DNA of 20,000 nt from an uncultured virus (IMG/VR IMGVR_UViG_3300032301_000717) (Duplodnaviria; Heunggongvirae; Uroviricota; Caudoviricetes), in IMG/VR virus record IMGVR_UViG_3300032301_000717. One strand, written 5' to 3'. This document shows, piece by piece, positions 1 to 8,835 of the stretch. The notes beneath the pieces are model-generated. The model saw only the letters and a list, made by a program, of their open reading frames with translations. It was not told where the DNA came from and did no database searches. Numbering within the stretch: the stretch's first letter is position 1; each line of letters begins with the position of its first letter. The position numbers were made by a program, and so were the translations under genes.

Positions 1-29
1 TTATGATGTCGCCTTCTAGCACACGATAC

Positions 30-293
30 TTATTCATCTTCCGGACACCATTCTCTTTTCATTTCATAATCTAAATTACGAACGTAGTTTCTAACTTCAT
101 CTTTACGAGAGTCATGAACTTGCTTAACTAGTACGTGTTCGTCAACTTCTTTTTCAGTAAGAGGACGAAGGTTCGGCTCCATAAATAACTCAATCATTTT
201 CAGAATATCTTCAGCTTTGTCTGATAGATTTGGATTTACAATTTTTAATTTAGTTTCAATGTTTTGTATTAGCTGACTTCTTTTTGCGAACAC
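30..293 (-). CDS. Hypothetical phage protein; probable distant paralog of 18152-18361 and 18565-18780
   Basis: 87-aa ORF with GTG start and GGAGG upstream; KRS near N-terminus, IL..IE..M.P core, W.PEDE end. Confidence 0.7.
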   Translation of the reverse strand: MFAKRSQLIQNIETKLKIVNPNLSDKAEDILKMIELFMEPNLRPLTEKEVDEHVLVKQVHDSRKDEVRNYVRNLDYEMKREWCPEDE

Positions 294-447
294 ACAATCC
301 TCCTAGGTATTCTTTAATTAAATATAACACAACTTTGGGAATTTCAGAGTGTTTAATTGTAAAAGTACTTGACGAAGGTAGTACAAATATTTCTCTATCC
401 CTTGCTATAAATGTCGTCGTTCTTAATTCCATCACGTATCCTTTCAA
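256..447 (-). CDS. Hypothetical protein (start may be ATG at 432)
   Basis: ORF tightly packed between neighbours in a minus-strand run. Confidence 0.5.
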   Translation of the reverse strand: MKGYVMELRTTTFIARDREIFVLPSSSTFTIKHSEIPKVVLYLIKEYLGGLCVRKKKSANTKH

Positions 448-610
448 TCTTTGACAAAGTTACTTCAGTAATATCTTTTTTAGTATCGTAAACGATTACT
501 TTAATATTAGTATGATCGACATAAGCATAAGCCATTTCACTCAACGTAAGATACGTCTTATCTACTGTATCGTAGAAATGATAATTCCGGTATCGTTTAA
601 TTAGTCTCAT
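395..610 (-). CDS. Stand-alone PhaR N-terminal (PHB_acc_N)-like DNA-binding protein, copy 1
   Basis: LIKRYRNYHFYDTVDKTYLTLSEM...IKVIVYDTKKDITEVTL matches the PhaR N-domain pattern IKKYxNRRLYDTxxSxYITL...V.D..TGEDIT..L; ATG at 610 has GAGG upstream. Confidence 0.75.
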   Translation of the reverse strand: MRLIKRYRNYHFYDTVDKTYLTLSEMAYAYVDHTNIKVIVYDTKKDITEVTLSKIERIRDGIKNDDIYSKG

Positions 611-791
611 CCTCAAACCCTTTATTTCTAATAGCTCTGATGTTATCTAATGCTAACTTAAGTTTAGTCTTATCCTCTGCTTCAAGTTTATCAAACAAAG
701 AATAGTAGATGTTATTGATAGAGTTATACATTTTTCCTAATTCTAATTGCGTTACCACAATGTTTTCGTTTGCATCAGTTGTTACTTTCAT
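597..791 (-). CDS. Hypothetical protein
   Basis: 64-aa ORF coupled to both neighbours by overlaps. Confidence 0.6.
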   Translation of the reverse strand: MKVTTDANENIVVTQLELGKMYNSINNIYYSLFDKLEAEDKTKLKLALDNIRAIRNKGFEDETN

Positions 792-1324
792 TATAATTCC
801 TCGTTTTTTAACAGTGCTATCAATATGCTTAAATTAATATCTTGTTGTTCTTTTTCTGCCGACTCTGCTGCCGACCGTGCTGCCGACACTGTCGACTCTG
901 CTGCCCACCATGCTGCCGACTCTGCTGCCCACCATGCTGTCGACTCTGCTGTCGACTCTGCTGCCAACTGTGCTGCCGACACTGCCGACTCTGCTGCCGA
1001 CTGTGCTGCCGACACTGCCGACTCTTCAAGTTCTCCATTAATAACTTTTTTAGTCACTTCAATGCAATCTCTAACTTTATTGTCATTGGGAAATTTTTTT
1101 TCAAAATTTTCAAGAGCATACTCTGCACACTCTACCGACCATTGCTGTAGAGTTTTTAAGGGTGCAACTCTAATTGCAAGCCATGCTTTATCACTGTAGG
1201 GTATGTCATCAAGAGATAATAAATCAGATAATTTAGCATTGTAGTTTGGGTACAGTTTGTCAAAGTTGTCCATCCTATTTTTGCACGGATTAAATGTTTT
1301 TATGTACTCATTAGTTATAGTCAT
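791..1324 (-). CDS. Phage protein with Imm5-like helical core and Ala/Ser/Trp low-complexity repeat
   Basis: WSVECAEYALENFEKKFPNDNKVRDCIE followed by (SAAE/SAAWWAAE)n; GGAGG RBS. Confidence 0.75.
   Translation of the reverse strand: MTITNEYIKTFNPCKNRMDNFDKLYPNYNAKLSDLLSLDDIPYSDKAWLAIRVAPLKTLQQWSVECAEYALENFEKKFPNDNKVRDCIEVTKKVINGELEESAVSAAQSAAESAVSAAQLAAESTAESTAWWAAESAAWWAAESTVSAARSAAESAEKEQQDINLSILIALLKNEEL
857..1025. repeat. Degenerate 12-nt tandem repeat (gccgactctgct-like) encoding the SAAE repeat
   Basis: Repeated gccgactctgct / gtcgactctgct / gcccaccatgct units; locally GC-rich. Confidence 0.9.
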
Positions 1325-1357
1325 TCAACCTCCTAGTAAACTTCCAAAGACATTGTA

Positions 1358-1432
1358 TCATAACTCCACCATAAACAAAGTACACGCAATACTGTAAGCA
1401 ATAGCGAACATCATCACCTCTTCAAAACTCAT
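1358..1432 (-). CDS. Possible 24-aa hydrophobic peptide MSFEEVMMFAIAYSIACTLFMVEL
   Basis: ATGA overlap with the polymerase stop codon; below ORF-track cut-off. Confidence 0.35.
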   Translation of the reverse strand: MSFEEVMMFAIAYSIACTLFMVEL

Positions 1433-3639
1433 AATTCCTCCAATAGTTCACGTTTATCTTTCTTAGTATAATCTATAAACAAAGAAGAATCAACTACATT
1501 AGATAAAATATCTACTGTATCAACAACACGTTTGACTAATTTAGTAATACTATGATCATTTTTCCAATCATCAATAATTTTTAATCCAGTAGTTTCAATG
1601 ACCTTTTCTTTTACTTTTCCGTTTTTAAAATGCTTTATTTCTGTTGTGGTATTTAATACTGCTGGATAAACATAGATCTTATCACCTTCTTGTACTGGTT
1701 TATTTTTTACTGCGTCCCATACATCCGTCTCATTCTTACGAGCTTCCTCATCTTCGGAGCAATTTAAAATAGCTTTAGTTATTGTTTTCTTTTGCGACCA
1801 TCGCTTTATATCTTTTGGATTCTTAGCTTCTTTAATATACTTATTATAAACATCAATTAAATCTTCACACTTATCATCAATAATTAACTTCAGCATGGTC
1901 TGTAACATCTCTGACAAAGCCTTTTCTTTCTTCTGATCTTTAATACTAGAACCCTTTAACTTCATTTTTTGACCGTCATACATAACATAGTTTTTTGCTT
2001 TTAAAACTAATAAGCATTTATAGTATCCATCATCTTCAAAGCGAATTGTATTTGGATATAAAGCATTAAGTTCTTTTAATAAAGCAAGCCTATCATCATC
2101 AGTTAAATCTTTATTAGTAGTAAATGAGATTGAATCGGTATCACAATTGCTAATTATAAATCCTTTATTCTCTGCCCAGTTAACAGCTTTAGTAATAATC
2201 TCTCTACCATTTTTAGTAACTTCGGCAGCACCCTCTGGGTAGTTATAGTTTAATCCACTAGCCCCCATAAACCCGTAAGCAGAGTTAATTACAACTTTCT
2301 GTGATTGTTCTAAATCTTTATAGTATCTATCTCCAGTTTCTTTTGCTTTCTTCTTATTGCTTAATCTTTCTTTTGTAAAGTACTCTAATGTTGTTATAAA
2401 GTTATTATTAAAATCTTTAGATCTAGGACTAATATTATTTTGTAACATGATGCTAGGGTATAAGGAAGCAACGTCAACCTTAAATACATTTCTATAAATA
2501 CCCGGATTACCAAAACTAATAGCTCCTTCAAATGGGATAGCTTCATCAGCTTTAGCAACCGAATAACCATCTTGCAAGTAAGATCTTACCATAAAAGCAT
2601 TTAACTGTGAACCAGATGCACTCTCTGTCATAATTTGAAAAGGTTTTGGTATATGTGGGGTAAGATAAAATTTAGCTGGTATCATTAGATCAAAAAGTTT
2701 AATAGGGTCATCCGCATCTTCTTCTGCGTATTCAATAATAGCTTTACGTTTTTCTACATCATACCAGTCATCTTTAATTTTAGAAGCATCATAGTGTTGT
2801 CTTCCTTCTTTTTCTAACCCTTCAGCTTTAACGATAGCTTTCATACCATAAGATTCATATTTCCTTGCTATATCATAATCAATAGAAACGAAGAACATAT
2901 CAATAACTTCTCTGCCAAAAATATTAACTCTATTGTACGTATAACTTTGACTACCATCTTTTCTTTTTTGTCTAGACTTATCCTCGATCTCAATCTCACT
3001 ATAGTCTCTACCAAGAATAAGTGATTCATTTGTTTTAGCTAACATACCTTGTAGGTAGGGTATATCAAATGCTAAAATATTAAACCCTGTAATAATTGAA
3101 GGATTAACTTCTATTACCCAATTACACCAATCTCGAATCATATCTTGTGGTGTTTGATATTCCTCTACATTAAATGTTCGCCTAATTGTTTTACCTTGTT
3201 TGCGAAAGGCATTAGTGATCAAAAATACAGTTGCATTATTTGGTAAAGAAGATAGACCGTTAGTTTCAATATCAAAAGAAAGAATTGACACATCATTAAC
3301 TTTCATGTTCTTAAAATAAGTATGTCCATTTTTAATCATGAAAGATTCAGCTTTGTGCATTATTGTATAAAGATTATACTTGTATACATTACTTTTTACA
3401 GAAAGAAATTCATCGTAACTTTCATATTCTTTTATATATTTATAATGTTGATTTCCTTTTAATCTTATGCAACCCTTAGAATGTATTGGGGAAAGTACCC
3501 ATTGTTTATATGGCTCAACCAATTCAATGATTGTTCCATTAATTTCTTGAAAAATATGAGCATTATTATTTTTAATTGAAATATTTACTATGTTTTGTAA
3601 TTCATTTTTACCATAGATAAGGTTGGTAATATTAGACAT
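1429..3639 (-). CDS. polB: Family B DNA polymerase with 3'-5' proofreading exonuclease
   Basis: ExoI SFDIET, ExoII GFNILAFD, ExoIII YAEED; motif A DVASLYPS, motif B KVVINSAYG, motif C NCDTDS, K.Y motif AKNY. Confidence 0.96.
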   Translation of the reverse strand: MSNITNLIYGKNELQNIVNISIKNNNAHIFQEINGTIIELVEPYKQWVLSPIHSKGCIRLKGNQHYKYIKEYESYDEFLSVKSNVYKYNLYTIMHKAESFMIKNGHTYFKNMKVNDVSILSFDIETNGLSSLPNNATVFLITNAFRKQGKTIRRTFNVEEYQTPQDMIRDWCNWVIEVNPSIITGFNILAFDIPYLQGMLAKTNESLILGRDYSEIEIEDKSRQKRKDGSQSYTYNRVNIFGREVIDMFFVSIDYDIARKYESYGMKAIVKAEGLEKEGRQHYDASKIKDDWYDVEKRKAIIEYAEEDADDPIKLFDLMIPAKFYLTPHIPKPFQIMTESASGSQLNAFMVRSYLQDGYSVAKADEAIPFEGAISFGNPGIYRNVFKVDVASLYPSIMLQNNISPRSKDFNNNFITTLEYFTKERLSNKKKAKETGDRYYKDLEQSQKVVINSAYGFMGASGLNYNYPEGAAEVTKNGREIITKAVNWAENKGFIISNCDTDSISFTTNKDLTDDDRLALLKELNALYPNTIRFEDDGYYKCLLVLKAKNYVMYDGQKMKLKGSSIKDQKKEKALSEMLQTMLKLIIDDKCEDLIDVYNKYIKEAKNPKDIKRWSQKKTITKAILNCSEDEEARKNETDVWDAVKNKPVQEGDKIYVYPAVLNTTTEIKHFKNGKVKEKVIETTGLKIIDDWKNDHSITKLVKRVVDTVDILSNVVDSSLFIDYTKKDKRELLEEL

Positions 3640-3701
3640 TTAAACCTCGTATGTAGATGGTTAGCAACCACCTCACAACTTAAGTATGTGACACCTAGTA
3701 T

Positions 3702-5666
3702 TTAGAACAAATCAATATCAGCTTTATCCTTTGCTGACTTTTTGGCATCTCGAAGATCTTTGAGTTCCGATCTTTCGATATCCTCAAGCTCTCTAATATT
3801 ACCAGTAAGTCCGTCCCAATGCAAGTCTGCTGAAAATAATCTACCAGATCTATTCTTTACGCAGTCAATTGAAAAGAACTTATCAGTCTCGGGGGTACGA
3901 GAGCTATACCCCGGTCTATGTATTGTCAAGATCGCAGTACATGCTTGAGCAATTGTAGAAGATCCTTTAGCAGAGTTATAAGATAGCAAAGGTTCGTCAA
4001 TCGTACTAGACATTTTATTTGGTTGTAAAAATACTAGTACAGCTTTGTTCATATTAATTGCTATCTCTCTTAAACCTTGAATAACTTCCGCACTACTTTG
4101 TGTTGGGTCTGAGTATTTGGATTGTACAAGTTCCAAGTAGTCAACAACAATCAAACGGAAACTAACTCCCAACTTCTTTTCAGTATTAATAATAGTCTGT
4201 CTCATTTCCTCAATACTCTGTCCGGTTTTAAATACAAACCTAACATTCTTGTATTGATCTGATACAGTCTTTGCAACCTTGTGTTGTTCTTCTTTAGTTC
4301 CCTCTTTGTATACTTTATACAACTTATCTCTGTCTAGTTTAGTGTGCTTCTGAATTAGCTTCTGAAACACATCGTACTTTGACATATCAAAACTAAAGAA
4401 CATAGAGTTATCACCTAGTATTGAAGTGTTGTTAAGGATATTAATACCAACAGAAGTTTTACCAACTCCCGGTGGACCGATGATCCCATACAATCTTCCC
4501 ACTTGTACATGTAGATTATCATCTAAGCATCGTATACCAAACTTCAAAGTATTCTTATCAATATCTTTTGCATATTGAATAAACAATTCAGCAGTCTCGT
4601 CGATGCCATGAACATCCGATTCATCTTCTGTCTTCGCTGCTGGTGGCACTAGCGTTGACAATCTCTGTAGTAGTTCGTCATTAGCTACAGAGTAGACTCC
4701 ACCCTTCCATGTTGGAGAATATATTTGAGCAATGATATTTTTATATATCTCCCCTTTAGGAAACTTATCCTCACCCACTCTCTCAGCTTGTAGCTCTGCC
4801 GCAGATTTTAGAAAGTGGTACGTTTGAGTTTCGTTAAAACCTAGGGACTTAAAGGTTGAACCTAATATCATTAGAGCATGACTTCGTTCACCTTGTTCAA
4901 AGAATCCTAGAGACAATAGATATTTTTCTGGAGTTAGAAACTTCGGCTTGTCTCCCCAACCAACCTCAGAAATATCATAAGCAACTTTAATCTTAGCAGT
5001 CAATTCAACCTTTGGAGAAGAAGCTTTTAGTTGATTGATCTTAGCGTTTGTTTTTGCATCTGTAAATATATCTTTGAGAGCATAAACATTATCCCAAGAA
5101 TCTTTTGCTGCTTCTTTAATCTCAGCAATACTAGCATCATCCAAACCAGAAAAGTCTAGTGGGGTTTTGTATAGTCCTGTATCTTGATGCCTACTCAATG
5201 GAAGTCTAAGTATTCTATTAGCATTGTAAATCTGTCTATCCAAAGTACTCAAACCTTCTCCAATGTTCAAGCATACATTCTTGACTTGGGTTGGAGTGAA
5301 TAGTTCGTTTGTAAAATTTACTTCAACTTGAAAACCTTTCTTTCCAGAAAAGAATAGTGCAATGTCAGATGCCTTGAGTCCGTAAACAGTAGCTAGTCTT
5401 TTACATAAAGTACTAGCATCACTCTTAGCAGCTTCCAAGTTATCAGCACTATCAAAATCCCAATAGAGTTTATTAGTCACAGTATCAGTAATACCTGCAA
5501 CAGTACCTGTTTTTTTGAATGTATTATATTGCTCATCGTTATATAGAAATGCAGAGATATAATAATCTTTAGTAAGGTCAACATTCTTATACAGATCGTT
5601 ATCAACTGGTACTAACATACCTTTATCTTGCACTCCCTTACAGATGCGAATATAATTCATGCTCAC
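3702..5666 (-). CDS. Primase-helicase fusion (N-terminal AEP/primpol-like domain, C-terminal DnaB-like SF4 helicase)
   Basis: AEP: WDFD, FSGKKGFQ, D..IY...RILRLP.S.H; helicase: Walker A GPPGVGKT, Walker B IVVDYL, FLQPNK, GSSTIAQ, KNRSG. Confidence 0.9.
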   Translation of the reverse strand: MSMNYIRICKGVQDKGMLVPVDNDLYKNVDLTKDYYISAFLYNDEQYNTFKKTGTVAGITDTVTNKLYWDFDSADNLEAAKSDASTLCKRLATVYGLKASDIALFFSGKKGFQVEVNFTNELFTPTQVKNVCLNIGEGLSTLDRQIYNANRILRLPLSRHQDTGLYKTPLDFSGLDDASIAEIKEAAKDSWDNVYALKDIFTDAKTNAKINQLKASSPKVELTAKIKVAYDISEVGWGDKPKFLTPEKYLLSLGFFEQGERSHALMILGSTFKSLGFNETQTYHFLKSAAELQAERVGEDKFPKGEIYKNIIAQIYSPTWKGGVYSVANDELLQRLSTLVPPAAKTEDESDVHGIDETAELFIQYAKDIDKNTLKFGIRCLDDNLHVQVGRLYGIIGPPGVGKTSVGINILNNTSILGDNSMFFSFDMSKYDVFQKLIQKHTKLDRDKLYKVYKEGTKEEQHKVAKTVSDQYKNVRFVFKTGQSIEEMRQTIINTEKKLGVSFRLIVVDYLELVQSKYSDPTQSSAEVIQGLREIAINMNKAVLVFLQPNKMSSTIDEPLLSYNSAKGSSTIAQACTAILTIHRPGYSSRTPETDKFFSIDCVKNRSGRLFSADLHWDGLTGNIRELEDIERSELKDLRDAKKSAKDKADIDLF

Positions 5667-5681
5667 GTATCCTCCATATTA

Positions 5682-5981
5682 TTACTCTTTAATTTTAGCA
5701 ACTAATCTTTTAACAAAAAACTTAGGAATCCTATCCATACTTTTTTGAGCATCACTTACTTGATCTTCCGAAAGCTTACCAGATGCAATCATTCTTTTGT
5801 ACTTTTCATCAGGTGCTTCAAGTTCAATAATTGTACCTTGTCTTACAGCGTCCAGTACTTCTGGCTTTGCTGTTACCTTGATGTAGTATCTAGGCTTTTC
5901 CTTTGGGTCATCTGGATCTTTCCTTGGAGCTTCTAGAAATTCTCCGAAATCTCTTCGTATCACTTTTGGTTTTTCACTCAC
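5682..5981 (-). CDS. Hypothetical protein in replication module
   Basis: 99-aa ORF, GTG start with AGGAGG RBS, between ERF and primase-helicase genes. Confidence 0.75.
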   Translation of the reverse strand: MSEKPKVIRRDFGEFLEAPRKDPDDPKEKPRYYIKVTAKPEVLDAVRQGTIIELEAPDEKYKRMIASGKLSEDQVSDAQKSMDRIPKFFVKRLVAKIKE

Positions 5982-5996
5982 GCTGTCCTCCTTTTA

Positions 5997-6629
5997 TTAC
6001 AGATCAATTTCAGTACTTACATCGCCAGCAACATTGACTCCTAGCTTTGTAGTGGGTTTAGTTGAATCTGTCTTTGGTTTATTAAACGAAACCGTTTTCT
6101 TTTTCTCTACTGTCTTTGCTGCTTCTTGAGTAGTAGTTGCAGCCGCTAAATTGGTAGCGGCAATAAAACTTGCAGCCGATTTAATCCCAATCTCAGGAGA
6201 CTCTAAATCAGCCTCTGCCATATCCTCTGTTGGGATTGAGAAGGTTTGTATCAACGCATATTTTAATGCAGCAGATAAAGCTTTGTTTGTAGCTTTATCT
6301 CCAGAGTCTAAACCCTCTGCAGGAATAGGTCCGATAGTAACTTTAGAACCATCTTCCGCAAAGAAATCATACTCCATATAAATAGTAACGTGCTTATCTG
6401 TGCCCGACTTACCAGAAGATCTTACGACTTCTTTTAACTCATGAGTTTCCATTACGCATCGAGGAGACATGAACACAGCATGTTTTGTAAGTGCTGGATA
6501 GAGTGCGTTAACGAATTGATCAATACCTCTGAACTTAAATCCCTGCTGAGTATTCTTTTGATCTTTGCCAACTGCTCCAACATCCTTCATTACTTCGGAC
6601 ATCTTCTTGTAAATTAATGGTGCTGACAT
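5997..6629 (-). CDS. ERF-family ssDNA-annealing protein
   Basis: KDQKNTQQGFKFRGID...GEGLDSGDKATNKALSAALKYAL-like signature (AEGLDSGDKATNKALSAALKYALIQTFSIPTED); disordered tail with acidic end. Confidence 0.9.
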   Translation of the reverse strand: MSAPLIYKKMSEVMKDVGAVGKDQKNTQQGFKFRGIDQFVNALYPALTKHAVFMSPRCVMETHELKEVVRSSGKSGTDKHVTIYMEYDFFAEDGSKVTIGPIPAEGLDSGDKATNKALSAALKYALIQTFSIPTEDMAEADLESPEIGIKSAASFIAATNLAAATTTQEAAKTVEKKKTVSFNKPKTDSTKPTTKLGVNVAGDVSTEIDL

Positions 6630-6697
6630 TCTACCTCCCTGCGTTTTCCTTTTGGTTTAGTACTTCCAGATCCGCATCCTTTTCTTTTCTTAGCCAT
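6614..6697 (-). CDS. Possible 27-aa basic peptide MAKKRKGCGSGSTKPKGKRREVECQHH
   Basis: TAATG overlap with upstream stop; fills the gap before the ERF gene. Confidence 0.45.
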   Translation of the reverse strand: MAKKRKGCGSGSTKPKGKRREVECQHH

Positions 6698-7098
6698 TAA
6701 ATTACCCCCATTTTTAGTCCAAGTTGTTTTCTAAATTCTAACAAAGTTTCTCCAAGAGAATTTTCAATAGACGATTCTAGAATTTCAACAGAGATTGATC
6801 CATCTGTATTTAGACTAGCATCTACATGAGCTACTAAAGTATCTCTTCCATTAAGTTTAACCATCACAACATTAGGATTCAAAGCTACTCTCTTTTCTTT
6901 CTTAGCTGGAGCAGCATCTTCTTGTTCAGAAGTTCCATCCAGTAATTTAATCAAAGAGTTTAAATCATCTTGTGTTAGTTTCTTAGCATGAGATCCAGCA
7001 TCAAACCCTACAGACTGTACTTTCTTTACAAAGTCCCCGACAGGCTCTCCCCTTTTCTTAGCTAGTTCCCCAACTGTCATTACGTAAATTGACATCAT
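6697..7098 (-). CDS. Protein with N-terminal IF2-N-like (HTH-type) domain
   Basis: MTVGELAKKRGEPVGDFVKKVQSVGFDAGSHAKKLTQDDLNSL resembles the IF2_N pattern V.ELAKELG....L...L...G....H.S.L. Confidence 0.65.
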   Translation of the reverse strand: MMSIYVMTVGELAKKRGEPVGDFVKKVQSVGFDAGSHAKKLTQDDLNSLIKLLDGTSEQEDAAPAKKEKRVALNPNVVMVKLNGRDTLVAHVDASLNTDGSISVEILESSIENSLGETLLEFRKQLGLKMGVI

Positions 7099-7937
7099 CC
7101 CTCCTTTTCTTTTTGGTATATGTCAGAATTAAAGTATCCGCTATGGCAATAAGTATAGTACTCACATTTTCTACCAAAAGCATAGCATGACTTTTTATTT
7201 TTCTCGAACTGATTATCTTTTATTTTATCTAGAGTCACAACAAATTTATTCAGAACCTCTGATCTTCTATCTTCACTAATCGTATCAATTATTATTTGTG
7301 TTTTGTAATTCTTTTTATTCAAAGTTAGATAGCCAAAAGAAGTAATGTCCGAATAGCCGCAAGCGTATAAGGCTAGTTGATCTTTCGTTTGAACTGCGTT
7401 CTTTGAATAAGCTTCACTAGTTGTTTTATTATCGAGCAAAGCGTAGTGTAGTTTTCCTGTATCATCTTTTATACTGGCAATTAAATCTATCTTACCATAG
7501 ATGCTATCATCAGTAGGCTCTCCGTTTTCGTCGTAACCTACAATGTTTATTTCTTCTTGAATAGAAATAACCTTTTCAATCTTAGGAAAGATATGAGTAA
7601 AGTAAGCGTCTAAAAGTTTGATGCCTTTCTTTTTCAAAGAGATAAAGTTCTGTTGTGCTAAGGGAAGGTTAGTCTCCTGTGCAGATAAGAGACTAACATC
7701 CAAGTCAGACTTATAGTATTCGATGTTGCTATCTCTGTATTTTTCCCATTCGGAATTAAATACTTCATGATAGTTCAAACTACCAGTAAGCATGTCGTTC
7801 AATGCTATATCAAGAGCATTGCCAAAGCACAAAGCAGAACTTTGTAATGACGATCTGTACCCTTCAACATAATGCAGATAGTATTTGTATGGGCATTGTT
7901 CGTACTTCTCCCTTGCAGAGAAACTCATTCGTGTCAT
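7095..7937 (-). CDS. Cas4/AddB-like PD-(D/E)XK exonuclease with probable Fe-S cluster
   Basis: SFS...Y.QCPYKY N-terminus, GKIDLI...LDNKT core, QLALY, C-terminal CYAFGRKCEYYTYC (1+3 Cys). Confidence 0.88.
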   Translation of the reverse strand: MTRMSFSAREKYEQCPYKYYLHYVEGYRSSLQSSALCFGNALDIALNDMLTGSLNYHEVFNSEWEKYRDSNIEYYKSDLDVSLLSAQETNLPLAQQNFISLKKKGIKLLDAYFTHIFPKIEKVISIQEEINIVGYDENGEPTDDSIYGKIDLIASIKDDTGKLHYALLDNKTTSEAYSKNAVQTKDQLALYACGYSDITSFGYLTLNKKNYKTQIIIDTISEDRRSEVLNKFVVTLDKIKDNQFEKNKKSCYAFGRKCEYYTYCHSGYFNSDIYQKEKEG

Positions 7938-8245
7938 TTTGCATCACCTAAATCTTTACCACACTCAGGGCATACCCAGAATTTAAGCGTGTTAGATACT
8001 ACATTAATATATTTTTTTTCGTGTCTACAAACTTTTAAATTCGACGTATCTTTTTTAGAAAACAAATGTCTTACAAGAACACCATTAGTTAATGCCAGTT
8101 CACCATCAATACGAATCTTATCTAGGAAATCAAACCATGCCCATTCATCAGGTTGATTGTATAGAAACCATTGCCACAACTCATTTGTTGTCATTTCATC
8201 TTCATAACCATACGGATTCTTAAGGACAAATTCTTTTTCAACCAT
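7934..8245 (-). CDS. Hypothetical protein with C-terminal Zn-ribbon-like motif
   Basis: CRH...CPECG; ATGA overlap with the downstream gene. Confidence 0.7.
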   Translation of the reverse strand: MVEKEFVLKNPYGYEDEMTTNELWQWFLYNQPDEWAWFDFLDKIRIDGELALTNGVLVRHLFSKKDTSNLKVCRHEKKYINVVSNTLKFWVCPECGKDLGDAK

Positions 8246-8252
8246 ACAAACC

Positions 8253-8531
8253 TCACGTATTTAAGCCTAGAGATCTTAAGTGAGCTTTGACTTGTTCCTT
8301 TTTTGTCTTCAGTTCTGAGTCACTCAGAGCTGGAAGCAATCCCTCAATGAGAGTCTCTAAAAGTTCTTCCGATACAAGGTATTCTTCTAACACTTGTAAA
8401 GTTAAATCAACTTGAGTTGTCCCCTCTTCTTTGTTTGAAAAGATTGTATAAGATTGTTTAGCATTGATATCTTTATCAATAAGATCTATACTTTCTTTTG
8501 TAAGAAATACTTGTCTTGTAATTACTTTCAT
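8253..8531 (-). CDS. Hypothetical protein
   Basis: 92-aa ORF with GGAGG RBS. Confidence 0.7.
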   Translation of the reverse strand: MKVITRQVFLTKESIDLIDKDINAKQSYTIFSNKEEGTTQVDLTLQVLEEYLVSEELLETLIEGLLPALSDSELKTKKEQVKAHLRSLGLNT

Positions 8532-8653
8532 ACGCCTCCAATTAATCTAATCAATTTAATTAATAGTCCAGCTATTAATATATCTGATATAATACCACAC
8601 ACAAACGACTTGCCCAAAGATAAGCCAATTACCTTATGAAAAAACACAATCAT
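8528..8653 (-). CDS. 41-aa hydrophobic peptide (MIVFFHKVIGLSLGKSFVCGIISDILIAGLLIKLIRLIGGV)
   Basis: Translated by hand; overlaps both neighbours; GGAGG upstream. Confidence 0.55.
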   Translation of the reverse strand: MIVFFHKVIGLSLGKSFVCGIISDILIAGLLIKLIRLIGGV

Positions 8654-8835
8654 CAATCCTCCACGTTAAAAGTAAACACAAATACTCGGTGATTTGTAAA
8701 AGACTTTAATAATAACTTTCGGTTAGCTGAAATTAGTATTTCAACTTGCTCGGTCATTTCTGGAAAGTAAATTACATTACCCGCAAATTTATCTTTAGTT
8801 ACAAGATGTTGCGTTATAAATTGAACACCAATCAT
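8653..8835 (-). CDS. Hypothetical protein
   Basis: 60-aa ORF, ATGA-coupled to the upstream gene. Confidence 0.6.
   Translation of the reverse strand: MIGVQFITQHLVTKDKFAGNVIYFPEMTEQVEILISANRKLLLKSFTNHRVFVFTFNVED

Noticed and set aside
747..1199. Plus-strand ORFs 747-1199 and 842-1150 (Cys-rich CCRLCCR) and minus alternative frame 829-1038
   Set aside because: Shadow frames of the 12-nt tandem repeat within the real gene 791-1324; not a metallothionein
791..1440. Shared ataattcctc (EEL-stop) at the ends of polB and the repeat protein
   Set aside because: 10-nt match explained by the embedded GAGG RBS for the next coupled gene; not an att site or target duplication
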